From positions 34,467 through 98,466 of the forward strand of contig MGHM01000004.1 of assembly GCA_001793235.1 (NCBI GenBank): 64,000 nt of DNA. Reading direction: 5' to 3'. Shown here one piece after another: positions 12,845 to 21,809 of this stretch (the first letter of the stretch is position 1; each line of letters begins with the position of its first letter). The translations under genes were made by a program, and so were the position numbers. This stretch comes from Candidatus Woesebacteria bacterium RIFCSPLOWO2_01_FULL_44_24b. Lineage in GTDB: Bacteria; Patescibacteriota; Microgenomatia; UBA8517. The notes beneath the pieces were generated by a model. That model searched no databases. It saw only the letters and a list, made by a program, of their open reading frames with translations, and was not told the DNA's origin.

Positions 12845-15434
12845 CGAGTTCGAATCAAAAATACCAGTCTATAAAATCTCTGCCCAAAAGCAGCTTAATC
12901 GCCAAGTCCCTCCTGCAGCACACACTCCAATGTACATCTGGCATAAGTATTGGTCCAGAAAAACCTGGAATGTCATTGCTGAATTTGTAAAAACATATTG
13001 CCCTGAAAATGGAATCGTTTTTGATCCCTTTGCTGGTAGTGGGATAGTTGCAATGGAAGCTTTAAAAAATAAAAGACGGGCAATAGTCGCAGATATTTCC
13101 CCAATTGCTACAGAAATTACAAGGCTTACCATCAAGCCTGTTTCGGTTGAAAAGCTCCACGAAGTTTATAAAACAGTAGAAGGCAAAGTAAAAGACAAGA
13201 TTCTAGATTTATACAAAACAAAGTGTAGAAAATGTGGCAATGAATTCCCGTTGACTTGTGCTATATGGAAACAAAAAAGGCAGTCTTCTGACAAGCCCAT
13301 CTCGCGAGAGTGTATAGATATCCGGTATAAAGCATGCCCTAAATGTGGTGATAGAAAGGAAAAAGACAATCCTCCAAATTCCTTTGACTTTGAAAAACTA
13401 AAACAGATTGACGAGATGGAAATAAAAGAATGGTACCCAAAAAACAGGCTATATCACATTAACGGTAAACCATTCATGAAAAAAGAAAAATACGAATCTG
13501 TAGATGAATTATTTACTAAAAGAAATCTTCAGGCTCTTGCGTGGCTGATGGAAGCCATAGAGGAGGAAACAAATAGAGATTTAAGAGACTTTTTGAAGAT
13601 TGCTTTTACTTCAATGGTCCATTTATGTACGACCATGTGCCCAATATCTGAGGGGGGTCATTTCACTCCTTATAGTTCGGCCTGGACCCAACAAAGTTAT
13701 TGGTTCCCATCCGGGCCGTTCATGGAACAAAATGTTTGGCTTAAATTTGAAGGTTCAATGATTGGCAATCAAGGTTTGCTCAACGGAAAGAATGAGAGTA
13801 ATAAGTACTTTAAAGATGTAAAATTCGCTCAATCTTTTGAAGAAGTTGTGAATGGTGAAGCTGACATTTTTATCTACACTGGTTCGTCTTTTGATCTTAT
13901 TAAGCAAATGCGTAATGTATCTGGCAATTCTGGATGCGCGGATTATATTTTTACTGACCCACCATACGATTCTTCAATCCAATATGGGGAACTTGCCTAC
14001 ATGTGGATTTCCTGGCTTAAAAAAGATGAAGGGTACCTTGAAAAGATAGCGACAGATGAAGTTATACACAACAAACAGCAAGAAAAAAGTTTCGACACCT
14101 ACCATTCCTTACTTTCTAGGAGCTTTGAAGAAATGTATTCAGTTTTGAAACCAGATGCCTATTTGACTGTCACATTTCATAACCCTACATTTAAAGTCAG
14201 AAACGCGACAATTCGGGCAGGGGTTATTGCAGGCTTTGAACTGCAAAAAATCCACCATCAGGAATTGGCACGAGCCTCTGCAAAATCGCTTTTACAACCA
14301 TTTGGTTCCGCGCAAGGTGACTTTTACTTGCGATTTTTCAAGCCTCCACAGGACGAAAAATCGATAGAGCCTGAAGCAATAGATGAAGCTAGATTTGAAA
14401 AAATAGTAATAGACACAGCAACTCAAATTATTGCTGAGCGCGGCGAGCCCACACCGTATACAATTCTCATTAATGCGATTGACCCGGAACTTGCTAAAAG
14501 AGGATTTTTCTCTGAGCTAAAAACAGGATTAAACATTAATACTGTTCTTGAGTCGCGTTTAAACAACGAATTCACTCTAGTTAAAGCAAAATTAGGTGGA
14601 GCTGAGGGTGACCTTTGGTGGTTTAGTAATCCGTCAAATATTTCTCATCTTGAAAAAATACCCCTAAGCGAGCGCGTTGAACAAACAGTTTTGCGATTTC
14701 TTCAAAAGCAGGGAAGGTCTACTTTTACTGAAGTGTGGGATGCTGTTAGTAGAGAGTTTCCTAACTCACTCACTTCAGACCAAATGAGCATTAAAGATGC
14801 ACTCAAAGCTTACGCGAAGCCTATCTCTGGAGGCAACTGGCTCATCAAACCAAATTCCAAACAAGGAGAGATAGAGCGAGACCACACAATTATTATTGCC
14901 ACACTTGCCAAAATTGGAAAATCTCAAGGATATGATATATGGATTGGAAAAGTTGAGCAGTCTCACATAATTCCTGAGTCTATGAACGGAGGGAAAAAGT
15001 TAGGAGAACTTGTAACATACAAAAATATTAGATCACTTACAAACATACAAAACCCTGATACAGTAGAAGATATTGACTTACTTTGGATAAAAGATGACCA
15101 AATCGTTTGTGCATTCGAAATTGAATCTACTACTTCTATGACAAGTGGATTGCAAAGAGGGTCAAATATTGATAGTTCTGTACCAAAATTTCTAGTAATG
15201 CCTGAAGAAAGAGAGTCGCAATTATTTCAAAAAATGAAATCTCCGATGTTTATCGAACGCTTTCAAAACGACAGTTGGAAAGTTATATACTTTGGTGCTT
15301 TAACAGAAGAGTATATGAAGTCGAAAGGGAAAACTAATATATTTAAGTTAGAGAACAAAAAGGTCGTAGATAAGATGTCTCAAAAAACTTCTAAAAATCA
15401 ACTTGATTTGTTCAATAATAAGTTGAAAAGTTAG
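12834..15434 (+). CDS. DNA (N6-adenine/N4-cytosine) methyltransferase, 866 aa, with inserted zinc ribbon and C-terminal winged-helix plus PD-(D/E)xK-like region
   Basis: SAM motif I is HKYWSRKTWNVIAEFV...VFDPFAGSGIVAMEA at about 13000-13050, and catalytic motif IV is TDPPYDSS at about 13957-13980. A CxxC...CxxC segment (CRKCGN...CPKCGD) lies between them. The C-terminal 350 aa contain IDLLWIKDDQIVCAFEIEST. The gene is AT-richer than its neighbours. Confidence 0.75.
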   Translation: MTPDEFESKIPVYKISAQKQLNRQVPPAAHTPMYIWHKYWSRKTWNVIAEFVKTYCPENGIVFDPFAGSGIVAMEALKNKRRAIVADISPIATEITRLTIKPVSVEKLHEVYKTVEGKVKDKILDLYKTKCRKCGNEFPLTCAIWKQKRQSSDKPISRECIDIRYKACPKCGDRKEKDNPPNSFDFEKLKQIDEMEIKEWYPKNRLYHINGKPFMKKEKYESVDELFTKRNLQALAWLMEAIEEETNRDLRDFLKIAFTSMVHLCTTMCPISEGGHFTPYSSAWTQQSYWFPSGPFMEQNVWLKFEGSMIGNQGLLNGKNESNKYFKDVKFAQSFEEVVNGEADIFIYTGSSFDLIKQMRNVSGNSGCADYIFTDPPYDSSIQYGELAYMWISWLKKDEGYLEKIATDEVIHNKQQEKSFDTYHSLLSRSFEEMYSVLKPDAYLTVTFHNPTFKVRNATIRAGVIAGFELQKIHHQELARASAKSLLQPFGSAQGDFYLRFFKPPQDEKSIEPEAIDEARFEKIVIDTATQIIAERGEPTPYTILINAIDPELAKRGFFSELKTGLNINTVLESRLNNEFTLVKAKLGGAEGDLWWFSNPSNISHLEKIPLSERVEQTVLRFLQKQGRSTFTEVWDAVSREFPNSLTSDQMSIKDALKAYAKPISGGNWLIKPNSKQGEIERDHTIIIATLAKIGKSQGYDIWIGKVEQSHIIPESMNGGKKLGELVTYKNIRSLTNIQNPDTVEDIDLLWIKDDQIVCAFEIESTTSMTSGLQRGSNIDSSVPKFLVMPEERESQLFQKMKSPMFIERFQNDSWKVIYFGALTEEYMKSKGKTNIFKLENKKVVDKMSQKTSKNQLDLFNNKLKS

Positions 15435-16690
15435 GCTTCCCTAATCGCTTTACTTACAAGTTTATGATGGTAGCTTCTCGCAAAGCGGTGGGCTTCATCG
15501 CGCAGTCTTTGAACCAGTTTTTTTGCCGGACTTTCAGGGAGCTCAAACTCATGAAATTCGCCTTGGGTTTTCAAAATTAAAGTCTCCTCACGCTTGGCTA
15601 AGCCAACTACCGGCACTTCGTTGATCACCTCAAGTGCCGCCGAGAGCTGACCTTTACCACCGTCGACTATTATTAAATCCGGTTTTCCCCATGTTTCAAA
15701 CCTGTGTTTCCTTTTAATTAGTACAGATTTTAAAGACCCTACATCATCACTTTTCTTTTTGTCTGAAACTTTATAGTGCCTGTAAAGAGTCTTATCCGGC
15801 TCCCCGTCAATAAAAGTCACCATGGATGCCGTGGGATAAGTGCCTGCCAAGTGGGCCACGTCAAAACATTCGATTCTGTTTAGGTTTTTTATTTCGAAAA
15901 ATTGTACCAAAATCTTTTTTAAACTTATGAGCTCGTTCTCTCTAATATCCTCCAATAGGTTCGGGTTTTCAATATAGCCATCGTCAAGCTCCTCACGGGT
16001 GGTCGTGTAGCTTAGGGCTTCAAGTTTTCTTTTGACATGAGCAGCCTCTTCAAATTTTTCGAGTTTTGAATAATTTGTCATTTCAAGCTCTAACTGATTC
16101 ATTATTAACTTGGATTTACCGGCTAAAATTGCGTTAACCCTTCGCACATTGAGCAAATAGTCTTTTCTTAGTTCCGGATTTTTAACAACCTCGCTTGGGC
16201 ATGGATTGCAAAGCCCGATTTGACTGTAGACACACGGGCGTTTGCCGGGCTTGTGAGTACTGAACGGAAAAATTCTTCGCACAAGTTTTAATACCCGCTT
16301 GGGTGCATTACCGTTTATAAAAGGCCCATAAACATGTTTTAGCTTTTGCTTAGTTAACTCCCTTTGGCGCAAAAGTATTATGCGTGGTAACTCATCAGGA
16401 GTAATTCCAATATAGAGCGAGCTTTTGTCATCCCTCAGAGCAAAATTATATTTCGGCTCATATTTACGGACTAACTTAGCTTCAAGTAAAAGCGCCTCAA
16501 ATTCGGAGGAAACAGGAATGTAATTTAGGAATTTTGCCGTGCTCACCATCTTGGCGGTTTTCGGTGCTAGTCCGCCAGCAAAATAAGAACGAACACGGTT
16601 TTTCAGGTTTTTGGCCTTGCCTACATAAATTACCCGCCTGTGGGCATCGCGAAAAAGATAAACACCGGACAGCTCCGGAGGTAGCTTCAT
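15431..16690 (-). CDS. uvrC: excinuclease ABC subunit C, short form lacking the C-terminal (HhH)2 domain
   Basis: GIY-YIG domain (LPPELSGVYLFRDAHRRVIYVGKAKNLKNRVRSYF), a UVR/UvrB-interacting segment (EKFEEAAHVKRKLEAL) and an RNase-H-like endonuclease domain (IECFDVAHLAGTYPTASMVTF...IVDGGKGQLSAA). The start is trimmed to MKLPPE at 16690, with an ATGA overlap onto the upstream gene. Confidence 0.85.
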   Translation of the reverse strand: MKLPPELSGVYLFRDAHRRVIYVGKAKNLKNRVRSYFAGGLAPKTAKMVSTAKFLNYIPVSSEFEALLLEAKLVRKYEPKYNFALRDDKSSLYIGITPDELPRIILLRQRELTKQKLKHVYGPFINGNAPKRVLKLVRRIFPFSTHKPGKRPCVYSQIGLCNPCPSEVVKNPELRKDYLLNVRRVNAILAGKSKLIMNQLELEMTNYSKLEKFEEAAHVKRKLEALSYTTTREELDDGYIENPNLLEDIRENELISLKKILVQFFEIKNLNRIECFDVAHLAGTYPTASMVTFIDGEPDKTLYRHYKVSDKKKSDDVGSLKSVLIKRKHRFETWGKPDLIIVDGGKGQLSAALEVINEVPVVGLAKREETLILKTQGEFHEFELPESPAKKLVQRLRDEAHRFARSYHHKLVSKAIREA

Positions 16691-18453
16691 TTTCTTCTCC
16701 TTATATAAATAACGACACCCGCTACACAAAAAACAACAGTTAAGCTGATTGCAATAACGTCCCTAGCTAGAGCAGGGTTTTTGTTGGTGGCAAACTCCTC
16801 GCGTGCATTTCCGACGTAAAGCTCGGCCGTTTCTGGCATCGAACTTCCCAAAAAGCCATAGGGGACAGTAAACTCAAGAATTCTTTTTTCATAAGGTAAA
16901 AGAGTTGTGAGATTGCTTTCATATTTTTTTGCACTGTCAAAAAAAAGTTCCACCTTCTGGTCATACAAGGCCGCGGGCCCGGGATTTTCAATTTCAGCCA
17001 CAAGCACCAGTCCTTGAAAAGGTAGGCTCCCCCGCTGTGAGATTGAGATTGCCGGAATCGAGCTTGTATTTTGAGGCAACTCTCCCAGAGCAACGAATAC
17101 ATCCTTTTGAGGGTTAGCTCCCAATTTGTACGAGCCGGGGGGGATGGGGAGCTCGGGGCTCACGCCATGCATAACAAAGTTTATGTGCCGCATGTCGAGC
17201 TTTGTGAAATAGTCAACTCCGCCGGTTGTCTTGCCCCAAGTCGGGTCTACCGGTACCCAGAGGTCACGCTCGCTATCCCAATATTCGGGCCACGCATGAA
17301 GCACATCGGCAACAAGGGCTAAAGGTCTTAAACTCGTGTTGTCTGTATATGCATAACCATTCACTTCGCGGGCCGGTATTCCCTTCGCGCGCGCAAGAGC
17401 AATAAAAAGGTCAGTGAATTCGGTGCAAATCGATTCGGCAGGGTTTTCGAGCGCCGACAGAGCCCCTAACCTTTTGCTCCCCGTAGTGACTTTCTCATAG
17501 TTATAATTCAAGGTATTGACGACGTAATCATAAATTTCTTTCGGACTAGCCAAGCCATTGGCAATTTCTACAACCTTTGGATCTTCTACTTGCCAATATA
17601 CACTTCCTTCAAGAGGGCTGTTTGATGCAAATTGCCTCCATGGAGACGCGAAAACCTGTACTACACCGATTGCGCGAACGTCGAGTCTCTCGCGTGCGTG
17701 AAGATTATAAACCGCGAGCCAATTGCCGTCAGGGTCCACTAATATGTTATCCGGTTTGGGGCTAACAGACTGATAGAAAATTTTTTGAAAAGAAGTATCC
17801 GGAGGGAGCGCAACTTCCATTTCAGTCGGAAGTGCCAGGGGGTTTTGAAGATGGTAGGTAAGATCAAAAGAGAATACCTGAAATTTACCAAACGCAGCAC
17901 TTACGCCCAAAGTAACAACTGCCTTATCAAAATAATAAGTCGTAAATCCCCCCGTACCAAGTTCATTGTCAGGAGGCGGCGACATGTATGAATGCGCACC
18001 AAAACTGTTCGGAACCTTAAGCCTGATTAAGTAAGTATCGAATGTTTCTGTCGCGAGCTTGGGTATTGAAACTTCAGTTACATCTCCGGAAACTCTGACC
18101 ACAGACGCATCCAAATACTCTATCGTAAAATTTTGCGAATTACCCTCTCCCACAATAGACTCGTCAAAAAGAACTTTAAGTTTTACTACATCACCTTTAG
18201 TGAGCTCGACCTCGAGTTCCCCATCTTCGGTAAAGGCACGCGCCTGACTAACTTCGGCGCCCTTCAAAGAAAGAGTGAAATCTGTAGCATGGACCTCGGT
18301 TGTTGCATTGGTAATGGAAATTTCCTGAGTGACTTTGGTTGCACTTCCGTCAACTTCATAAGTGGCCTCACCCGAAACCAAAAAGTCATCAGTGGCATAT
18401 GCAATTTTTGGGGATAGTATCAGTAAAAAAAATACAGCAATAAATTTCTTCAT
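16687..18453 (-). CDS. secreted transglutaminase-like domain protein with C-terminal TM anchor
   Basis: Signal peptide, a long beta-rich N-terminal region, then a transglutaminase core Cys-His-Asp triad (ICTEFTDLFIALARAKGIPAREVNGY...HAWPEYW...D) and a terminal hydrophobic helix followed by RRRK. Confidence 0.7.
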   Translation of the reverse strand: MKKFIAVFFLLILSPKIAYATDDFLVSGEATYEVDGSATKVTQEISITNATTEVHATDFTLSLKGAEVSQARAFTEDGELEVELTKGDVVKLKVLFDESIVGEGNSQNFTIEYLDASVVRVSGDVTEVSIPKLATETFDTYLIRLKVPNSFGAHSYMSPPPDNELGTGGFTTYYFDKAVVTLGVSAAFGKFQVFSFDLTYHLQNPLALPTEMEVALPPDTSFQKIFYQSVSPKPDNILVDPDGNWLAVYNLHARERLDVRAIGVVQVFASPWRQFASNSPLEGSVYWQVEDPKVVEIANGLASPKEIYDYVVNTLNYNYEKVTTGSKRLGALSALENPAESICTEFTDLFIALARAKGIPAREVNGYAYTDNTSLRPLALVADVLHAWPEYWDSERDLWVPVDPTWGKTTGGVDYFTKLDMRHINFVMHGVSPELPIPPGSYKLGANPQKDVFVALGELPQNTSSIPAISISQRGSLPFQGLVLVAEIENPGPAALYDQKVELFFDSAKKYESNLTTLLPYEKRILEFTVPYGFLGSSMPETAELYVGNAREEFATNKNPALARDVIAISLTVVFCVAGVVIYIRRRK

Positions 18454-18464
18454 GGCCTAGTTTA

Positions 18465-21365
18465 CTACAAAGTGTGCTCGAGAAACTTTCCGGTGTGTGT
18501 TTTTGCATTTTTAATTTCATTTGGCTCCCCCTCAGCGACTACTCGCCCGCCAAGCTCCCCACCTTCGGGGCCCAGTTCAATTAGCCAATCAGCATTTTTA
18601 ATGACATCTAAGTTGTGCTCTATGACAATTACCGTGTTGCCACGCTCGACCAGAATCTTCAAGACCGCAACCAACTTTTCCAGATCTGCAAAATGAAGAC
18701 CGGTCGTTGGCTCGTCCAAAATATAAACCGTTTTTCCTGTAGCTTTTTTAGATAACTCAGTCGCAAGTTTAACTCGCTGGGCCTCGCCTCCCGAGAGAGT
18801 CGTTGCTGCTTGCCCAAGCTCCATGTAGTCAAGCCCGACGGCCTTCAAGGTCTCAAGCTTTGCAACTATATTTTTATAAACATGGAAAAACTCAAGTGCT
18901 TCCTCAACAGTCATTGCAAGAACCTCGGCTATACTTTTTCCTTTATATGTCACTTCCAAGGTCTGACTACCGTAGCGCGCACCGTGGCAAACTTCACAAT
19001 CAACCCAAATGTCCGGCATAAACTGCATCTCAATTTTGATTTTGCCCTGGCCTTCACAGACTTCGCAGCGCCCACCTTTGACGTTAAAGCTGAATCTGCC
19101 TTTTTTAAAGCCCAAGGTTTTGGCTTCACGAGTAAGCGCAAATACATCGCGAATTAAATCAAACACTTTTGTATAAGTCGCGGGGTTACTTCTCGGGGTT
19201 CGCCCAATTGGCGCCTGATCAATAAGGACCACTTTATCTATTAATTCATCCCCTTCAATTCGTGTAAATTCACCCGCCTGCTCCCTGTGATATTTATTAA
19301 GAGATTTAGCGAGGGCGTGGTAAAGGGTCTCAACCACAAGGGTTGACTTGCCGGATCCAGAAACTCCAGTCACCGCTATGAACTTGCCCAAGGGGAAATG
19401 TACATCTATATTTTTAAGATTAAACTGACTTGCACCAAAAAGACCTAAGTTTCCGCCTCCGTTTTGGGAAACTTTAGGAAAGCGAATTACGCGCCTTCCA
19501 GATAAATACTTGCCGGTGAGAGACTCACCGCCTTTAATCTCCTCCAGAGTCCCTTGGGCAACCACACCACCACCGTGTTTACCAGCTCCCGGGCCAAAGT
19601 CAAAAACATAGTCGGCAGAGCTTATTACATCACGGTCATGCTCCACCACCACAACGGTATTCCCCAAATCTCTGAGCTTTTTTAATGTAGCAATCAAAAG
19701 TTCGTTATCCCGGGGATGAAGGCCAATAGTGGGCTCATCCAAGACATACAAAACTCCCGTAAGGCCTGAGCCAATTTGGCTGGCCAGGCGTATGCGAGCA
19801 GCCTCCCCTCCAGAAAGCGTATTAGCCGCGCGAGAGACAGTCAAATAGTCAAGCCCGACGTTAATGAGAAAATTAAGTCTGGCGATAATTTCTTTGAGTA
19901 CCAGGCCTGCAATCTCACTCTCACGATTTGACAGGATTTTTCCGTCTTTTAGCTCCTTTGCCCAAACCAATGTGTCTTTCACAGCTATATCAGTAACCTC
20001 ACTTATATTCTGGCCATTGATTGTGATACTCAAAGCTTCTTTTTTAAGCCTCGCTCCGTGGCAGTCCTCACAAACTACCTCGGTCATGTATTTTTCAATG
20101 CCACTTTTAATGTAGTCCGAGTCACTTGTGTGGTAGCGCCGCTCAAGCTCAGTCAAAACCCCCGGCCAGGCTTCAGTTATATAAGTCATCCTGCCAAAAC
20201 GATTTGTGCCCTCTACCCGGTAAGTCTTGCCACTCGTTCCTTCCAACAAAATCTTTTTCTGATCTGGAGTATATTTTTTAATTGCCATATCCGGGTCAAT
20301 GCCGTTTTCCTGTAGTGCCGCCAAAATGAGTCTCGAAAGCCAAGTATCGTGTTCAAAAGTGGAAGCATACGGAATTACACCGCCTTCAAGCACAGAAAGC
20401 TCAGGCGCAAGTACGCGAGCTGGATCCACTTTCAAGATTCTCCCCAGCCCTGCGCAAGTTGGGCAAGCTCCATGGGGAGAGTTGAAAGAGAAAGTTCTTG
20501 GCTCAAGCTCGGGAAGGCTGATGTTATCAACTGGACAAGCAAATTTTTCTGAAAAAAGGTGGTCCTCAAAAACTTTTGGGTATTCCGGCATTTCGAAGCC
20601 GCTATCAAATATCTTACTCACGACCGCCGAGCCATCCGAAAGCTTGAGAGCCTGCTCGATGCCGTCATTAACACGAGTGCTAAGGCTTTTGACAAATAGC
20701 TCATCTTTTAAGTCATTTGTCGAAGCTGAAATTCTGTCGATCACCACATCTATCGAGTGCTTATTGGTTTTGATTAACACGAAATCTTCATCCAAATCGT
20801 GAATTTCTCCATCTAACCGGACACGCCTGTAACCTTTGGACTTCAAGTTTGCAAAAAGCGCACTGAATTCCCCTTTTCTGTCTTTGATAATGGGAGCAAA
20901 GATCATAAACCTGGCTTGTTTTCCTGCCCCTCCCATAATTAAATCCATCACAGCACCTGCTATTTGCTCAGTAGTCTGGCTTGAAATTTCACGGCCACAA
21001 ATCGGGCAATGCGGGTGACCCGCTCGCGCCCAGAGTAGCCGCAGATAGTCATAAATCTCAGTAACCGTTCCAACTGTCGAGCGCGGATTGTGAGAAGTAG
21101 TTTTTTGGTCAATGGAGATGGCGGGCGAGAGCCCTTCAATCAAGTCAACATCAGGTTTGCCCATAATCCCCAAAAATTGCCTGGCATAAGTGGACAGGGA
21201 CTCAACGTAGCGTCTTTGCCCTTCGGCGTAAATCGTGTCAAAAGCTAAGGAACTTTTGCCACTACCCGAGACTCCAGTAAAAACAACCAGCTTGTTTTTG
21301 GGAATATCAATATCAATATTTTTGAGGTTATGCTGTCTAGCCCCCCGGACTTTAATATAATCCAT
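18465..21365 (-). CDS. uvrA: excinuclease ABC subunit A
   Basis: Two ABC ATPase modules with zinc fingers. The canonical N-terminus MDYIKVRGARQHNLKNIDIDIPKNKLVVFTGVSGSGKSSL begins at the second ATG (21363-21365). The first ATG (21377) overlaps the TATAAT -10 box. Confidence 0.95.
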   Translation of the reverse strand: MDYIKVRGARQHNLKNIDIDIPKNKLVVFTGVSGSGKSSLAFDTIYAEGQRRYVESLSTYARQFLGIMGKPDVDLIEGLSPAISIDQKTTSHNPRSTVGTVTEIYDYLRLLWARAGHPHCPICGREISSQTTEQIAGAVMDLIMGGAGKQARFMIFAPIIKDRKGEFSALFANLKSKGYRRVRLDGEIHDLDEDFVLIKTNKHSIDVVIDRISASTNDLKDELFVKSLSTRVNDGIEQALKLSDGSAVVSKIFDSGFEMPEYPKVFEDHLFSEKFACPVDNISLPELEPRTFSFNSPHGACPTCAGLGRILKVDPARVLAPELSVLEGGVIPYASTFEHDTWLSRLILAALQENGIDPDMAIKKYTPDQKKILLEGTSGKTYRVEGTNRFGRMTYITEAWPGVLTELERRYHTSDSDYIKSGIEKYMTEVVCEDCHGARLKKEALSITINGQNISEVTDIAVKDTLVWAKELKDGKILSNRESEIAGLVLKEIIARLNFLINVGLDYLTVSRAANTLSGGEAARIRLASQIGSGLTGVLYVLDEPTIGLHPRDNELLIATLKKLRDLGNTVVVVEHDRDVISSADYVFDFGPGAGKHGGGVVAQGTLEEIKGGESLTGKYLSGRRVIRFPKVSQNGGGNLGLFGASQFNLKNIDVHFPLGKFIAVTGVSGSGKSTLVVETLYHALAKSLNKYHREQAGEFTRIEGDELIDKVVLIDQAPIGRTPRSNPATYTKVFDLIRDVFALTREAKTLGFKKGRFSFNVKGGRCEVCEGQGKIKIEMQFMPDIWVDCEVCHGARYGSQTLEVTYKGKSIAEVLAMTVEEALEFFHVYKNIVAKLETLKAVGLDYMELGQAATTLSGGEAQRVKLATELSKKATGKTVYILDEPTTGLHFADLEKLVAVLKILVERGNTVIVIEHNLDVIKNADWLIELGPEGGELGGRVVAEGEPNEIKNAKTHTGKFLEHTL

Positions 21366-21410
21366 ACGACCTATCATTATACCAGATATTTGTTCGGGTT
21401 TTGTAAGTAG
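21366..21410 (-). promoter_or_regulatory. uvrA promoter with extended -10 (TGGTATAAT) and an upstream conserved motif shared with the uvrB/lexA region (candidate SOS operator)
   Basis: In gene orientation the region reads CTACTTACAAAACCCGAACAAATATCTGGTATAATGATAGGTCGTATG. The same arrangement (CTACTAACATTACCCGAAC...TGTATAATGAT) is found upstream of uvrB. Confidence 0.5.
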
Positions 21411-21425
21411 GTTGATTCGAATAAT

Positions 21426-21728
21426 CTAACTTGAAGCAAAGGATTTTTCGAGTTTATTCACTTTTTCCCGCAATTCTTCAAACTCCTCCCTTGAGACTGA
21501 TGTAGACTTTATCAGCTTTATTTTTCCATTAACAATTCTGTCGTTAACAGTAATCTTTTCATCTAAATCTTTCACCTGATCGCTTAAACCATCCACTTTC
21601 TTTTCTAGTTTATCAAGCCTGGCATTGCTTTCATCAAACATTTTTTGCATACCGGAAAGTATTGTGTCTACGGCTTCCATTAGCATAACTTCATTAACTA
21701 ACTTAGAGTCTCCATTTCCTTTTGGCAT
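21426..21728 (-). CDS. coiled-coil hypothetical protein (100 aa)
   Basis: ORF with charged heptad-like repeats (KLEKKVDGLSDQVKDLDEKI). No domain was recognised. Confidence 0.4.
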   Translation of the reverse strand: MPKGNGDSKLVNEVMLMEAVDTILSGMQKMFDESNARLDKLEKKVDGLSDQVKDLDEKITVNDRIVNGKIKLIKSTSVSREEFEELREKVNKLEKSFASS

Positions 21729-21761
21729 TTGAAAATCAGTATATCATAATTCCAACTCCCT

Positions 21762-21800
21762 AACTTTATCCCTAATCTCAATTGCCAGCTCAAAAACTCA
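21762..21800. repeat. duplicated copy of the uvrB 3' end (direct repeat of 23149-23185)
   Basis: 29 of 32 nt in the core match. On the minus strand 21741-21800 translates to *VFELAIEIRDKVRELEL*, the same peptide as the UvrB C-terminus with synonymous differences. The copy lies outside any annotated ORF. Confidence 0.7.
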
Positions 21801-21809
21801 TAACAATTT

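Noticed and set aside
12529-12858. 109-aa minus-strand ORF opposite the radC fragment
   Set aside because: It is antisense to an ORF with clear RadC HhH similarity and has no features of its own.
18472-21018. Many plus-strand ORFs (60-167 aa) inside uvrA
   Set aside because: They are shadow ORFs of the 970-aa uvrA. The same applies to the plus-strand ORFs within uvrB, dnaE, ppsA, gatA and polX.
21375-21377. Track start codon of uvrA (MIGRMDY...)
   Set aside because: This ATG is part of the TATAATGAT -10 element. The conserved UvrA N-terminus begins at the next ATG (21363-21365).
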